Virus record (IMG/VR): IMGVR_UViG_3300034102_002082
Coordinates: 1-64,000 of that record
DNA: 64,000 bases
From: a virus
Strand: one strand, 5' to 3'
Notes under the pieces: generated by a model
The model's input: the letters and a program-made list of their open reading frames with translations, nothing else
The model's database searches: none
What the model was told of the DNA's origin: nothing
Shown here: positions 27,416-36,202 of the stretch, one piece after another
Layout of the letters: each line of letters starts with the position of its first letter
Numbering within the stretch: the stretch's first letter is position 1
Program-made: the position numbers and the translations under genes

Positions 27416-27817
27416 ATGGGTATATTTAAGGTCATCTCTGGTAAATTGGGAGCTTCCGCCATATTGACGCACTCAATAGACAACCCAACCATACTATATT
27501 CCAATATGGCACATGATAAATTAACTGGTTATACAAATGTGGAACTGATAGGAGAATCTCCGAAAATATTCCAAGGAAAAAATACCAATAGAGATACAGT
27601 ATTAGATATTAAAAAGTCATTATTTGAGTGCAGTTACTGGTCGGGAAATATAATAAATTATACTAAAGATGGTATCGAAATCGACATACATCTCTTAATT
27701 TTTGGTATAATTTTTCAAGATGTGAAATATTTTGTAGTATATAAAAAACTAAATACTAATAAAATTTTATTTACTTTGAAAAAAATAGCAAAAAGATGTT
27801 GTAATATTTATCTGTAA
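27416..27817 (+). CDS. stand-alone PAS domain protein
   Basis: ILYSNMAHDKLTGYTNVELIGESPKIFQG...WSGNIINYTKDG. Confidence 0.8.
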   Translation: MGIFKVISGKLGASAILTHSIDNPTILYSNMAHDKLTGYTNVELIGESPKIFQGKNTNRDTVLDIKKSLFECSYWSGNIINYTKDGIEIDIHLLIFGIIFQDVKYFVVYKKLNTNKILFTLKKIAKRCCNIYL

Positions 27818-28446
27818 TGTGCTTTATGTACTTGATTAGATAGACCATAATCGACTATCACAACAGATTCTTTCCCGTTTCTATTTACTAGACCATAACT
27901 GTTTAATCTACCAAGATCCCCGTATCCTTTATCGAAATCTAACATGAAGGATTTTACTCTATCAGCAAATTCGTTATTATCATATTTTTCGATTAACTCT
28001 TTTGGTGGTTCCGAATAATGATTATTTCCGCTATATCGCAGATAATCATGAAGCTCATTTATATTTTTTATGCCGGTCAATTCTCTAAATTTCGACATGG
28101 ATAATTTTTTTGCCAATTCCATCTCTACCCATCGATATCCAACCTCATCAAAATCGTAAACTTTAGCAATAATATCTCCATACATATCTTGGGCACCCCA
28201 ATCAACTTCTACTTCATTTTGCGCAACCCCCGCATCATTCTTCGCCATTTTTAAAGCTTTCGTATCATCAATAACAAATACGACTCTACCGGTACCACTA
28301 GATATCCTCTGTAGGTGTTGAGCCGCGTACTTTACTTTCCCTGTATATGAATGTATTTTATTGAATTCATCCTTGTTCCACGAAGATGGGTAATCTTCCG
28401 ACAATACTTCATCTATACATTCCTTTATTATTAAATGTATATTCAT
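27808..28446 (-). CDS. protein kinase-like fold protein with IKECIxE leader
   Basis: SSGTGRVVF Gly-loop, ALKMAK, QNEVE, DLGRLNSYG, IVDYG. Confidence 0.7.
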   Translation of the reverse strand: MNIHLIIKECIDEVLSEDYPSSWNKDEFNKIHSYTGKVKYAAQHLQRISSGTGRVVFVIDDTKALKMAKNDAGVAQNEVEVDWGAQDMYGDIIAKVYDFDEVGYRWVEMELAKKLSMSKFRELTGIKNINELHDYLRYSGNNHYSEPPKELIEKYDNNEFADRVKSFMLDFDKGYGDLGRLNSYGLVNRNGKESVVIVDYGLSNQVHKAHYR

Positions 28447-29000
28447 AATCCGAGCCTTTGATAACTGACATATACCAATGGATCAACTATTTCATCGCTA
28501 ATATACATCCAACGTAAAGGTGCTAAGTCATTTTCTGTTCCGTCTCCTTTTGGTTTGGATGGGGATTCTGCGTCAGTCAGATCAATACCAAACAAATAAT
28601 AAGTTGTGTCTGAACTCTTTGTTCCTCTGCACGTACCAAGTTCTTTTATCTTCGATATATCAACATCGTAACCAGTTTCCTCGAATAATTCTCGTTTTGC
28701 TGCGGCTTTCGGTTCTTCTCCCTTATCAACACCACCAGTTACCGATGATAATGATCTACTTTCTCCCCAGCATGGAGTTATTTCTTCTCTAATACCGATT
28801 TCATATGCATCTCTGCCTGCTCTTCTATATGGTAATATAGAGATGATCTTTCCATCACATCGTATTTCATGTGAATATGTGTATGTACCAGTTGGTGTTT
28901 CCATTTCACGTAGTTCTAACCACTCATCACCACCTAATTTTTTAAAATCTGGTTTGGTAGATTCGGTTAATATGTCTTTGTAAAATTCTTTATATTTCAT
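28443..29000 (-). CDS. Nudix hydrolase with N-terminal YKEFY tag
   Basis: Nudix box GGVDKGEEPKAAAKRELFEETG; starts MKYKEFYKDILTE. Confidence 0.88.
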   Translation of the reverse strand: MKYKEFYKDILTESTKPDFKKLGGDEWLELREMETPTGTYTYSHEIRCDGKIISILPYRRAGRDAYEIGIREEITPCWGESRSLSSVTGGVDKGEEPKAAAKRELFEETGYDVDISKIKELGTCRGTKSSDTTYYLFGIDLTDAESPSKPKGDGTENDLAPLRWMYISDEIVDPLVYVSYQRLGL

Positions 29001-29009
29001 ATTAGTTTA

Positions 29010-29516
29010 TTAAAATTTTGGATAAACGATTATTCGCCCATCTTCTCTTACTGTCCCTTTGTGTGTTTTCAATAACTTCTTATATATAGCAGCAGCACCA
29101 TCACTTAATTCTTTATCTGACGTAATACTATATTTCTTATCGTCTAATAACCACAAATAAAACTCCATTCCATATCCATAACCACGAGCGTTTCTAGTAA
29201 AACCAATGGTGTTTATAATAACTGAATTACCATTTTTTCCTAAATTGCACGAACCAATATATTCGTCTTTATTATTAAAGAAGTGAAGGTTGTGTGGTCC
29301 CGCATTCTGTATTCCATCTCGATCTACATAAATATCAAAACCATTGGTTCCATCTTCATACCATAGGTCTTCCATTTTTGGTTGCTTTGATGGGAGAACT
29401 TGTTCATCATCATATGAACTATGAGAATTTAACGCATCAATAGCAACATACAAATCACTAATGTTTGATTGTAAATTTTCTAAGACTAAATGAGAATAAA
29501 AATCCTTGTAATGCAT
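29010..29516 (-). CDS. GNAT-like protein with N-terminal YKDFY tag
   Basis: in-frame ATG at 29516 (MHYKDFYSHLVLE); RGYGYG acetyl-CoA motif; SDKELSDGAAAIYKKL. Confidence 0.7.
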   Translation of the reverse strand: MHYKDFYSHLVLENLQSNISDLYVAIDALNSHSSYDDEQVLPSKQPKMEDLWYEDGTNGFDIYVDRDGIQNAGPHNLHFFNNKDEYIGSCNLGKNGNSVIINTIGFTRNARGYGYGMEFYLWLLDDKKYSITSDKELSDGAAAIYKKLLKTHKGTVREDGRIIVYPKF

Positions 29517-29520
29517 ATTA

Positions 29521-31248
29521 TTAAATATCAAGATTTTCAAAAAAAGAGTTAATTGCTTCTTTTTCGTCGTATCTATCGAACCCATAATTTGGGACATGCA
29601 TATCACCATCGATACTAAAATTATATCTGTGGAATATATTAAAGTGTGGATCAATATCAATAGATCCAGTATCAATCACTTCGATAAATTCTACCAAATC
29701 CCATTTCTGATATACTGGTGAGTTAAATTTGCGAGTTGGGTCTTCATATCCTACATGAAACATATATCCCGTATCGTCTTGTATAAATTTTAGATCTGTT
29801 ATTCCTTCAAGAAAATTCTCCGTCATTTCCGATAATATACCAACTTCATATCCTACCCGCACAGCAGAATTTAATTGTTCTATTATCAGATCTTCATTAT
29901 CGTATAAATAGTCGAATTCATTAATATCTTCGTCGTCATTGGTCGAAGTTTTGTTACTTACGTAGCTATCGACACCCTTTGATTTATACCTACTGTCTCT
30001 AGATACCATATCAAATAGTCTTTCTGTTGAATTTTTGTCGTCGTGTATATTGCCATGATAGTGGTTTTCCATATAGTCACCGTCTATAACGTATTGCTTG
30101 TAATATTTTAACTTCTGTGGTTCTTGTGTCGATGGTATGTCTTGCCACAACTCTTCAATATTTTTCCACGATACGATACGAATCGAACCATTATTGGTGA
30201 ATTGAACTAGGTTTCTAGTGTTTGGTGGGAGTCTATCCAATATTAAATTCTTAACCCGTTCCGTGAGTCCTTCTTCTTTATATATTAATTTCAACGGCTT
30301 TAATTCTGGTCTTGCTACATATAATTTTCGCCTTTCTGATTCATCTAAGTCATCAACACTGAAGTTCTGCTCTGGTGCGTATCCACCTCCACGAATTCCT
30401 TTTATGAAAAATGAACTACCATCTTTTAATTTTAATAAGCTTATTATATACTTGTGATAAATTTCGGCTGGCTTTTCGTTGGCTCTGCCTTTCATTTCTC
30501 CCAACATACCAGTTGATTTATCCAATATAAAGGTACACGAAGGTCTACCAAATATTTTGTCTCCACGTTTTGTAATTTTCCTCAAACTTAAAACTGTGTC
30601 CGATGGTTTGTGTGATGCTGTATTTCCGCAGTGTCCCATAGCATCACCCTCTTTCCTACAGAATGGTATCGATAAATCAAACCAAATAAAACCATCTGGA
30701 AACTTTATTAATTGCGTCATTGAATCTATTTCATCTGTCATATCGATCCATTGATTATCCTCTCCATGTGATTCCTTCCATTTGTCCTCATATTTCTGGA
30801 ACAGATAAATGATTTTCCTAGGATCTTCGTAAGAAAACCTAAAATTCTTTATTTCTGATATTGGTAACGATAAAAAATGCTCAAGAGTGCCTAGTTCTAA
30901 TGAATACCGAATAGAACCATTCGTGAGTTCCTTCGGTGCTGCATATTTTTCATTTTTAATTATATTACTAAAATCGTCTAGCCATTTACTCTTACTCTTA
31001 TCATATGCTCCGCGATAAGTAGTATGATAGTTATGCCTTTCATTCTCCCATGCCAAATATCTCCACCAACGTAGATACCATTGAATAATATCGTCTCTCC
31101 TTAACGACTTAACTACTTGAGAAACATGCCTTTTATCGTATTCTGAATATGGTCCATTGGTGCCCGTTAAAATTGGGAGATACCTATCATATCTAGCCTC
31201 CAATAATAATTCAGAGTAAAAATCCGAAAATTTCTGCTCAATTATCAT
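29521..31248 (-). CDS. large hypothetical protein (PcfJ-like region) with tag variant
   Basis: MIIEQKFSDFYSELLLE; EGDAMGHCG, SLR, EMKGRANEKP. Confidence 0.7.
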   Translation of the reverse strand: MIIEQKFSDFYSELLLEARYDRYLPILTGTNGPYSEYDKRHVSQVVKSLRRDDIIQWYLRWWRYLAWENERHNYHTTYRGAYDKSKSKWLDDFSNIIKNEKYAAPKELTNGSIRYSLELGTLEHFLSLPISEIKNFRFSYEDPRKIIYLFQKYEDKWKESHGEDNQWIDMTDEIDSMTQLIKFPDGFIWFDLSIPFCRKEGDAMGHCGNTASHKPSDTVLSLRKITKRGDKIFGRPSCTFILDKSTGMLGEMKGRANEKPAEIYHKYIISLLKLKDGSSFFIKGIRGGGYAPEQNFSVDDLDESERRKLYVARPELKPLKLIYKEEGLTERVKNLILDRLPPNTRNLVQFTNNGSIRIVSWKNIEELWQDIPSTQEPQKLKYYKQYVIDGDYMENHYHGNIHDDKNSTERLFDMVSRDSRYKSKGVDSYVSNKTSTNDDEDINEFDYLYDNEDLIIEQLNSAVRVGYEVGILSEMTENFLEGITDLKFIQDDTGYMFHVGYEDPTRKFNSPVYQKWDLVEFIEVIDTGSIDIDPHFNIFHRYNFSIDGDMHVPNYGFDRYDEKEAINSFFENLDI

Positions 31249-31654
31249 CTGTAGAATCCTCTTCCTCATCCCCATTACCGGATGACCAATTTTCAAAATC
31301 TGTTATACTCAGTTCCAGTAATTTTATGATGGATAATATTAAGAAGCTTTCATCTTTCTTAGATAATTTCAGGTCTTGGATATCTTTTCCGATATCTATC
31401 CCTAACTGCATCAACTTATTTGTTTTATGTTGATTCACTAATTTTTTATTCAATAAACCAGGCACCGTCTCTTTTCCTAGTATAGATTCTGTCAAATTCT
31501 CCATCTCTTTTTCAAATTCCACCTTTTTATTTTTACTACCTTTCACTTTACCAACTTTTCGTTTTATATCGGTGATATCTTTTGGTGATATCTTTCTAGC
31601 AATTTCAAAGGATAGTAATAAATTCGTTTTTTGTAAAATATGACTGGTTTCCAT
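31238..31654 (-). CDS. hypothetical protein
   Basis: 138 aa; ATATTTATT upstream. Confidence 0.6.
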   Translation of the reverse strand: METSHILQKTNLLLSFEIARKISPKDITDIKRKVGKVKGSKNKKVEFEKEMENLTESILGKETVPGLLNKKLVNQHKTNKLMQLGIDIGKDIQDLKLSKKDESFLILSIIKLLELSITDFENWSSGNGDEEEDSTDDN

Positions 31655-31708
31655 AGTATGTGTTAATAAATATGGTTTTATTATCGTTTTGATATATTTA
31701 TAATCAAT

Positions 31709-32122
31709 ATGACGAAAAAAGAATTGAAGAATATGATAGCAGAATGTATTGTTGAAGAGGGAATGGTTGATAGATTAAAGGCCAGAGGAGCAGGAATTGT
31801 TGGTGGGGCGAAACGTGGATTACAAGGTGGTATAGAAACAGTTAAGTCAAAAATAACAAATGATCCAGCCGATAAGTATAATGCCACTAAGAGTATTACG
31901 TTAGCGAAGAATAGAAATGAAGTAGCAAAAATAGAATCGTATAAGAAAACTGCCATTGCCAAATTGGACAAAGTGGCAAATGAAATTATTGTTGACCTAG
32001 AGAAACTAGGGATAAGCAAAAGAGGTATTTCGGCAAAACAAATAAACTTTTTGAAGAGTGCTTTGCGGAAATCGTTAGAGAAAACGATAGATAGTATTCC
32101 TGTTGGTTACTGGAATCCTTGA
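31709..32122 (+). CDS. hypothetical protein with IAECIxE leader
   Basis: MTKKELKNMIAECIVEEG; ATATTTATA upstream. Confidence 0.65.
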   Translation: MTKKELKNMIAECIVEEGMVDRLKARGAGIVGGAKRGLQGGIETVKSKITNDPADKYNATKSITLAKNRNEVAKIESYKKTAIAKLDKVANEIIVDLEKLGISKRGISAKQINFLKSALRKSLEKTIDSIPVGYWNP

Positions 32123-32725
32123 TTATACCAAATTCTTAAAGAACTGTATATAATCTCTGGCTCGCTTTCCCGTTTGTTTTGCCCACTTACTGTCGGCTAA
32201 TTCAGCCGATGCTGATTTCCAGTCCTTATTTGCTATAGCCGATCTGAAATCGTTGAATTTTTGGATTCCACCTCTCCCCATATTGAATGTCAACGATACT
32301 AGTTTTATCTTGACTTCTTTTGGTAAGGTATCGAAGTTATGAAATACTCGTTTGGTATCCGATATAGCTTGTTCTAAATCTTTCTTAAAAAACGAATCTA
32401 CTTCGGACTCGGTATACGTAGATTTTACCGGTTCCCCCTTTTCGAACTTGTGACCTATACCGACAGTCTTGTATCCCATACTATCAATATAAGTACTTTT
32501 CTTATGCCCCTCATACTCAACGAAATGTTTTTTATAATCATCAAATGATGGATTGCTGTTTGATGTTTTTGAAAAATCTATATTTTTATTTGTATATATA
32601 TCTGACTTCTTATCTTGTTGCTTTACTTGATGAATAGGAACATTCTTAGTTGGTCCATCGAAGCTAACCATAGGTGGTGGAAGATCTAGTTCTTTTAATA
32701 TATCCTTTAGTTTTATAATTTCCAT
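32123..32725 (-). CDS. T4-type lysozyme (GH24) with N-terminal extension
   Basis: EG...YIDSMGYKTVGIGH (E-D-T triad), FNMG, SKWAKQT..RA. Confidence 0.9.
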   Translation of the reverse strand: MEIIKLKDILKELDLPPPMVSFDGPTKNVPIHQVKQQDKKSDIYTNKNIDFSKTSNSNPSFDDYKKHFVEYEGHKKSTYIDSMGYKTVGIGHKFEKGEPVKSTYTESEVDSFFKKDLEQAISDTKRVFHNFDTLPKEVKIKLVSLTFNMGRGGIQKFNDFRSAIANKDWKSASAELADSKWAKQTGKRARDYIQFFKNLV

Positions 32726-32767
32726 ATTTTATATAAGTATTGCTGGAATGCTAATATTTATGTTAAT

Positions 32768-34003
32768 ATGACAATACCAGTTCAAGATAAAGTTAGATAT
32801 CCGGGTTCAGCGTCCTTTTTACCTGGCTCCGGTTCTACACCATACGGTTATTTCGATAACGACCCTCACTTCCAATCATCGATAGTCAGTGCTACTAAGT
32901 GGGCAGCAACTAGTATGGGGTATCCTATCGTTGATATAGAATTGGTCGATGTAAACTTTTTCTCAAGATTCGAAGAAGCTGTTCTCGAATATGGTGCGCA
33001 GGTAAATCAATTTAATATTCGCAATAATATGTATTTATTGCAGGGACAATCTACCAGTAACAGAGTTACACAAAAAAATATACAGGGTTCTGGTGTAGTA
33101 TATCAATCATCATTGGCGCAAGACTATGGTGTTGAATTGGGTGTTGGTGGCAACGTTGACTGGAAGCGTGGACATTTTGCTACACAAACTGGCAGCGATG
33201 GTGGTTACCGTCAATTATATGATCTACAAGCCATATGGGGAGACTCGGTGGAAAGCGGGTCTAGAATAGAAATAAAACGAGTATTTCATAGTATGCCACC
33301 AGCCTCTGCTAGAATATACGATCCATTCTCTATGACTGGTATGAGTTATAGTAATATAATGAACGAAATGGGATTTGCTGGGTATTCTCCAGCAACACAG
33401 TTCTTAATGACTCCTATATTCGAGGATCTTTTACGTATGCAAGCTATTGAGTTTAACGATATCGTCAGAAAGAGTGCATATTCCTTCGAACTAGTAAACA
33501 ACAAGTTAAGAATATTTCCTACTCCATCGTATACGCATAATATCTACTTTGAATATGTAGTCAAGAAAGATGTCATAGAAAATATATATTTTCCAGCTGG
33601 CTCAAACCTGATTACTAGTTCAGCTGCAAATTATTATACTGATACACAAGGTTCTGGTATAGTCGGTGACTATAGTAATGCGCCATATGATATTATCCCA
33701 TTTATTGACATAAATTCCGTTGGTCGCCAGTGGATAAATAAATATTTCTTGGCATTATGCAAAGAAATGTTAGGTGGAATAAGACAGAAATACATGACCA
33801 TCCCTATTCCCGGTTCAGAAATAACATTGGATGGTGCTGAACTTAGACAAGAAGCAGCAGCTGAAAAGACGGAATTGATAAATCAACTTCGCGAAAATTT
33901 AGAAGCTACAGGAAGATCGGCCCAGATGGAAAAGCAAGCACAACAAGCCGAGCAACTTCAACAAACATTAAAGGTGTCTCCTCTATATATTTATATAGGT
34001 TGA
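32768..34003 (+). CDS. neck protein (T4 gp13-like)
   Basis: MGYPIVDIEL, WINKYFLALCKEMLG..RQKY..IPIPGSEITLDG, PLYIYIG. Confidence 0.8.
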   Translation: MTIPVQDKVRYPGSASFLPGSGSTPYGYFDNDPHFQSSIVSATKWAATSMGYPIVDIELVDVNFFSRFEEAVLEYGAQVNQFNIRNNMYLLQGQSTSNRVTQKNIQGSGVVYQSSLAQDYGVELGVGGNVDWKRGHFATQTGSDGGYRQLYDLQAIWGDSVESGSRIEIKRVFHSMPPASARIYDPFSMTGMSYSNIMNEMGFAGYSPATQFLMTPIFEDLLRMQAIEFNDIVRKSAYSFELVNNKLRIFPTPSYTHNIYFEYVVKKDVIENIYFPAGSNLITSSAANYYTDTQGSGIVGDYSNAPYDIIPFIDINSVGRQWINKYFLALCKEMLGGIRQKYMTIPIPGSEITLDGAELRQEAAAEKTELINQLRENLEATGRSAQMEKQAQQAEQLQQTLKVSPLYIYIG

Positions 34004-34007
34004 CATA

Positions 34008-34038
34008 AAAAATGGGACTAATTTAATAGTCCCATTTT
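34008..34038. terminator. bidirectional terminator
   Basis: AAAATGGGACTA-loop-TAGTCCCATTTT between convergent genes. Confidence 0.75.
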
Positions 34039-34045
34039 ACTTAGA

Positions 34046-34315
34046 TTACGATTCCTCTGTCGTATCTACTACAACTTTCGGTCTGCGCTCGTTCTTATCA
34101 GTATCGGATACGTTCAAGACAGACTTGACGAATTTCCGGATTCTTCCCTTTGAAAAGGGAACCTTAACGTCCTTGATTTCTTTCTTTCCAGTAACTTTGT
34201 TAGTTACTTCTACACTTTCCAAAAAAGATGTTTTTGGCATAGTCTTGATAGACTCGATCATTCTCTTGTTCCAGCGTGCTCGTGTTCCCGTTGGGAAGTA
34301 TGTTAGATGTGACAT
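34046..34315 (-). CDS. small basic hypothetical protein
   Basis: 89 aa. Confidence 0.6.
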   Translation of the reverse strand: MSHLTYFPTGTRARWNKRMIESIKTMPKTSFLESVEVTNKVTGKKEIKDVKVPFSKGRIRKFVKSVLNVSDTDKNERRPKVVVDTTEES

Positions 34316-34409
34316 ATAGTTAATGTGTTATTTTTTGTTTACTTTCCCAATATATATAACTTAACACAGAAAGCAAGACATTTTTCTTAAAACAAACATA
34401 TTTATTCGT

Positions 34410-34874
34410 ATGCAAAGAGGAAAATATATATCGTCCAGAGATTTTAAACTCTTCACCAGTGTCAATAATGAACTGATGGATGATGTTATGGAAATAATAG
34501 TTTCTATCTTTAAGATATCACCAGAAACACAAACTAATATTTATGGTGAGGTTTCGCAGAAGACTGGTAAATGGTATTATTCTCCTATAGAGGTATCATC
34601 TATACCGGAGAGACCGGAAATGACCAGTGATGATGAAGGTTTCGGTGTTAATAGAAGCCAGACACATATATTTAAGTTTTTGGAATCGGAACTAAAGCGT
34701 ATCAATTTTTATCCAGAGCACGGAGATTTAATATTGTACAATGACAAGTATTTTGAAATAAATAACGTAGTTCAGGAGCAATTGCTTGGTGGACAACCAG
34801 ATAAGTCTTTTTCTATAATATGTAATGCACAATACACGACATTGAGTTCAATCCAAATCGTCCCTAGAATATAA
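34410..34874 (+). CDS. head completion/neck protein (T4 gp14-like)
   Basis: TNIYGE, PEHGDLILYNDKYFEI; gene context. Confidence 0.7.
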   Translation: MQRGKYISSRDFKLFTSVNNELMDDVMEIIVSIFKISPETQTNIYGEVSQKTGKWYYSPIEVSSIPERPEMTSDDEGFGVNRSQTHIFKFLESELKRINFYPEHGDLILYNDKYFEINNVVQEQLLGGQPDKSFSIICNAQYTTLSSIQIVPRI

Positions 34875-34878
34875 TATT

Positions 34879-35787
34879 ATGGCATGGAAAGGAAGCAAGT
34901 CTAACAATAACGTACCGAACAATTTCAATAATGAAATTGGTTATACTGGTTCGCCTATATCAGTAAATAGAGAAGAACAGTTAAAAATATGGGATAAATT
35001 TCCGGATGTTACTATGGATCTCTATCGTATCGATGAGACCATATTAAAACATATAAATGTTGCATTGTCACCAACTGTTCTCGATAATGGCAATATGATA
35101 AAAGTTCCAGTCATGTTGGGTTCTCCTGAGAGATGGGCGTCGGTGAAGAAAGATGGGATCTTTCGGGATCAGAACGGGAAAATACAAAAACCATTGATAA
35201 TGTTCAAGCGTAGTGGAGTAGCAAAAAATGATCAGTTCATGATGTTTAATAGACATATATCATACACTTTCCAGAGAAAATATTCCGAGAAAAATCAATA
35301 TGATCAGTTTTCTGTACTCAACAAAACAAGAACAGAACAACCAGTTACGGAATTTTATAGTGTGACCACACCTGACCATGTAATAGTCACATATGAGTTC
35401 GTGATATGGACCGATTCCACCGAGCAGAATAATGAATTGATACAATTATTCAATTTCGCCACACATGAATATTGGGGAGAAAAGAATAAATATAAATTTA
35501 GAACAGAGATATCGGATTTTTCTAATCAAGTTGAAGTTCCATCCGATCAAGATAGGGTTATTAAGACTACATTCAATTTAACTGTGTATGCTCATTTACT
35601 CCCAGAAAAATTTGAAAACAATAAATTGACTGTCCAGCAGATGATATCACCGAAAAAGATAGTAATAAAAGAGAATGTGTTTGGTATACAACCTACACAA
35701 ACCACTGGCGTGTCAAATGAGTTCGTTAATCCAAACAAGAATAAAGCAAATAATCCAAACGTTTCTCCGATAAAATTTATAGAATAA
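34879..35787 (+). CDS. tail terminator/sheath stabilizer (T4 gp15-like)
   Basis: IKVPVMLGSPERW, PDHVIVTYEFVIWT...QNNELIQ; context before the sheath. Confidence 0.75.
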   Translation: MAWKGSKSNNNVPNNFNNEIGYTGSPISVNREEQLKIWDKFPDVTMDLYRIDETILKHINVALSPTVLDNGNMIKVPVMLGSPERWASVKKDGIFRDQNGKIQKPLIMFKRSGVAKNDQFMMFNRHISYTFQRKYSEKNQYDQFSVLNKTRTEQPVTEFYSVTTPDHVIVTYEFVIWTDSTEQNNELIQLFNFATHEYWGEKNKYKFRTEISDFSNQVEVPSDQDRVIKTTFNLTVYAHLLPEKFENNKLTVQQMISPKKIVIKENVFGIQPTQTTGVSNEFVNPNKNKANNPNVSPIKFIE

Positions 35788-35822
35788 TGTTGTTTTGGAA
35801 TTCTATATATACTTATATATAT

Positions 35823-36098
35823 ATGGAAAAAACACCTATACAATTATCGAAAGAGGAACTTGACAATATTAATGACATCGGAAATTCATACCGAAACACG
35901 GTTATGAAATTTGGAGAATTACAGTTAGAAAAAATTGAAATTCAACACCTAATAGAAACACTTAACCAACGCGAAGAAAAATTGGTCGGTGATATAAACG
36001 AGTTAAAGGTTAAAGAAAAAACAGCAATAAATTCAATACTAGAGAAATACGGAGAAGGCTCATTATCTCTAAAAGATGGTACTTTCATACCAGCGTAA
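35823..36098 (+). CDS. small coiled-coil protein
   Basis: start at 35823 after ATACTTATA; EKYGEGSLSLKDGTF. Confidence 0.65.
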   Translation: MEKTPIQLSKEELDNINDIGNSYRNTVMKFGELQLEKIEIQHLIETLNQREEKLVGDINELKVKEKTAINSILEKYGEGSLSLKDGTFIPA

Positions 36099-36202
36099 CA
36101 TTATCAAATTTTTTTAAATAAAAAATATAATTTTGATTTTTGTTGGAATATTTATATTTAGCAACAGATCAATATTTTCAACAATAAAAGGAACCATAAA
36201 AT

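Noticed and set aside
27416-27817. LOV blue-light photoreceptor
   Set aside because: The GxNCRFLQ cysteine is absent (GESPKIFQ); called a generic PAS domain.
29517-29675. N-terminal extension of ORF 29010..29675
   Set aside because: It overlaps the upstream gene; the tagged ATG at 29516 is the better start. The same logic was applied at 15468, 35787, 47160, 49128 and 52108.
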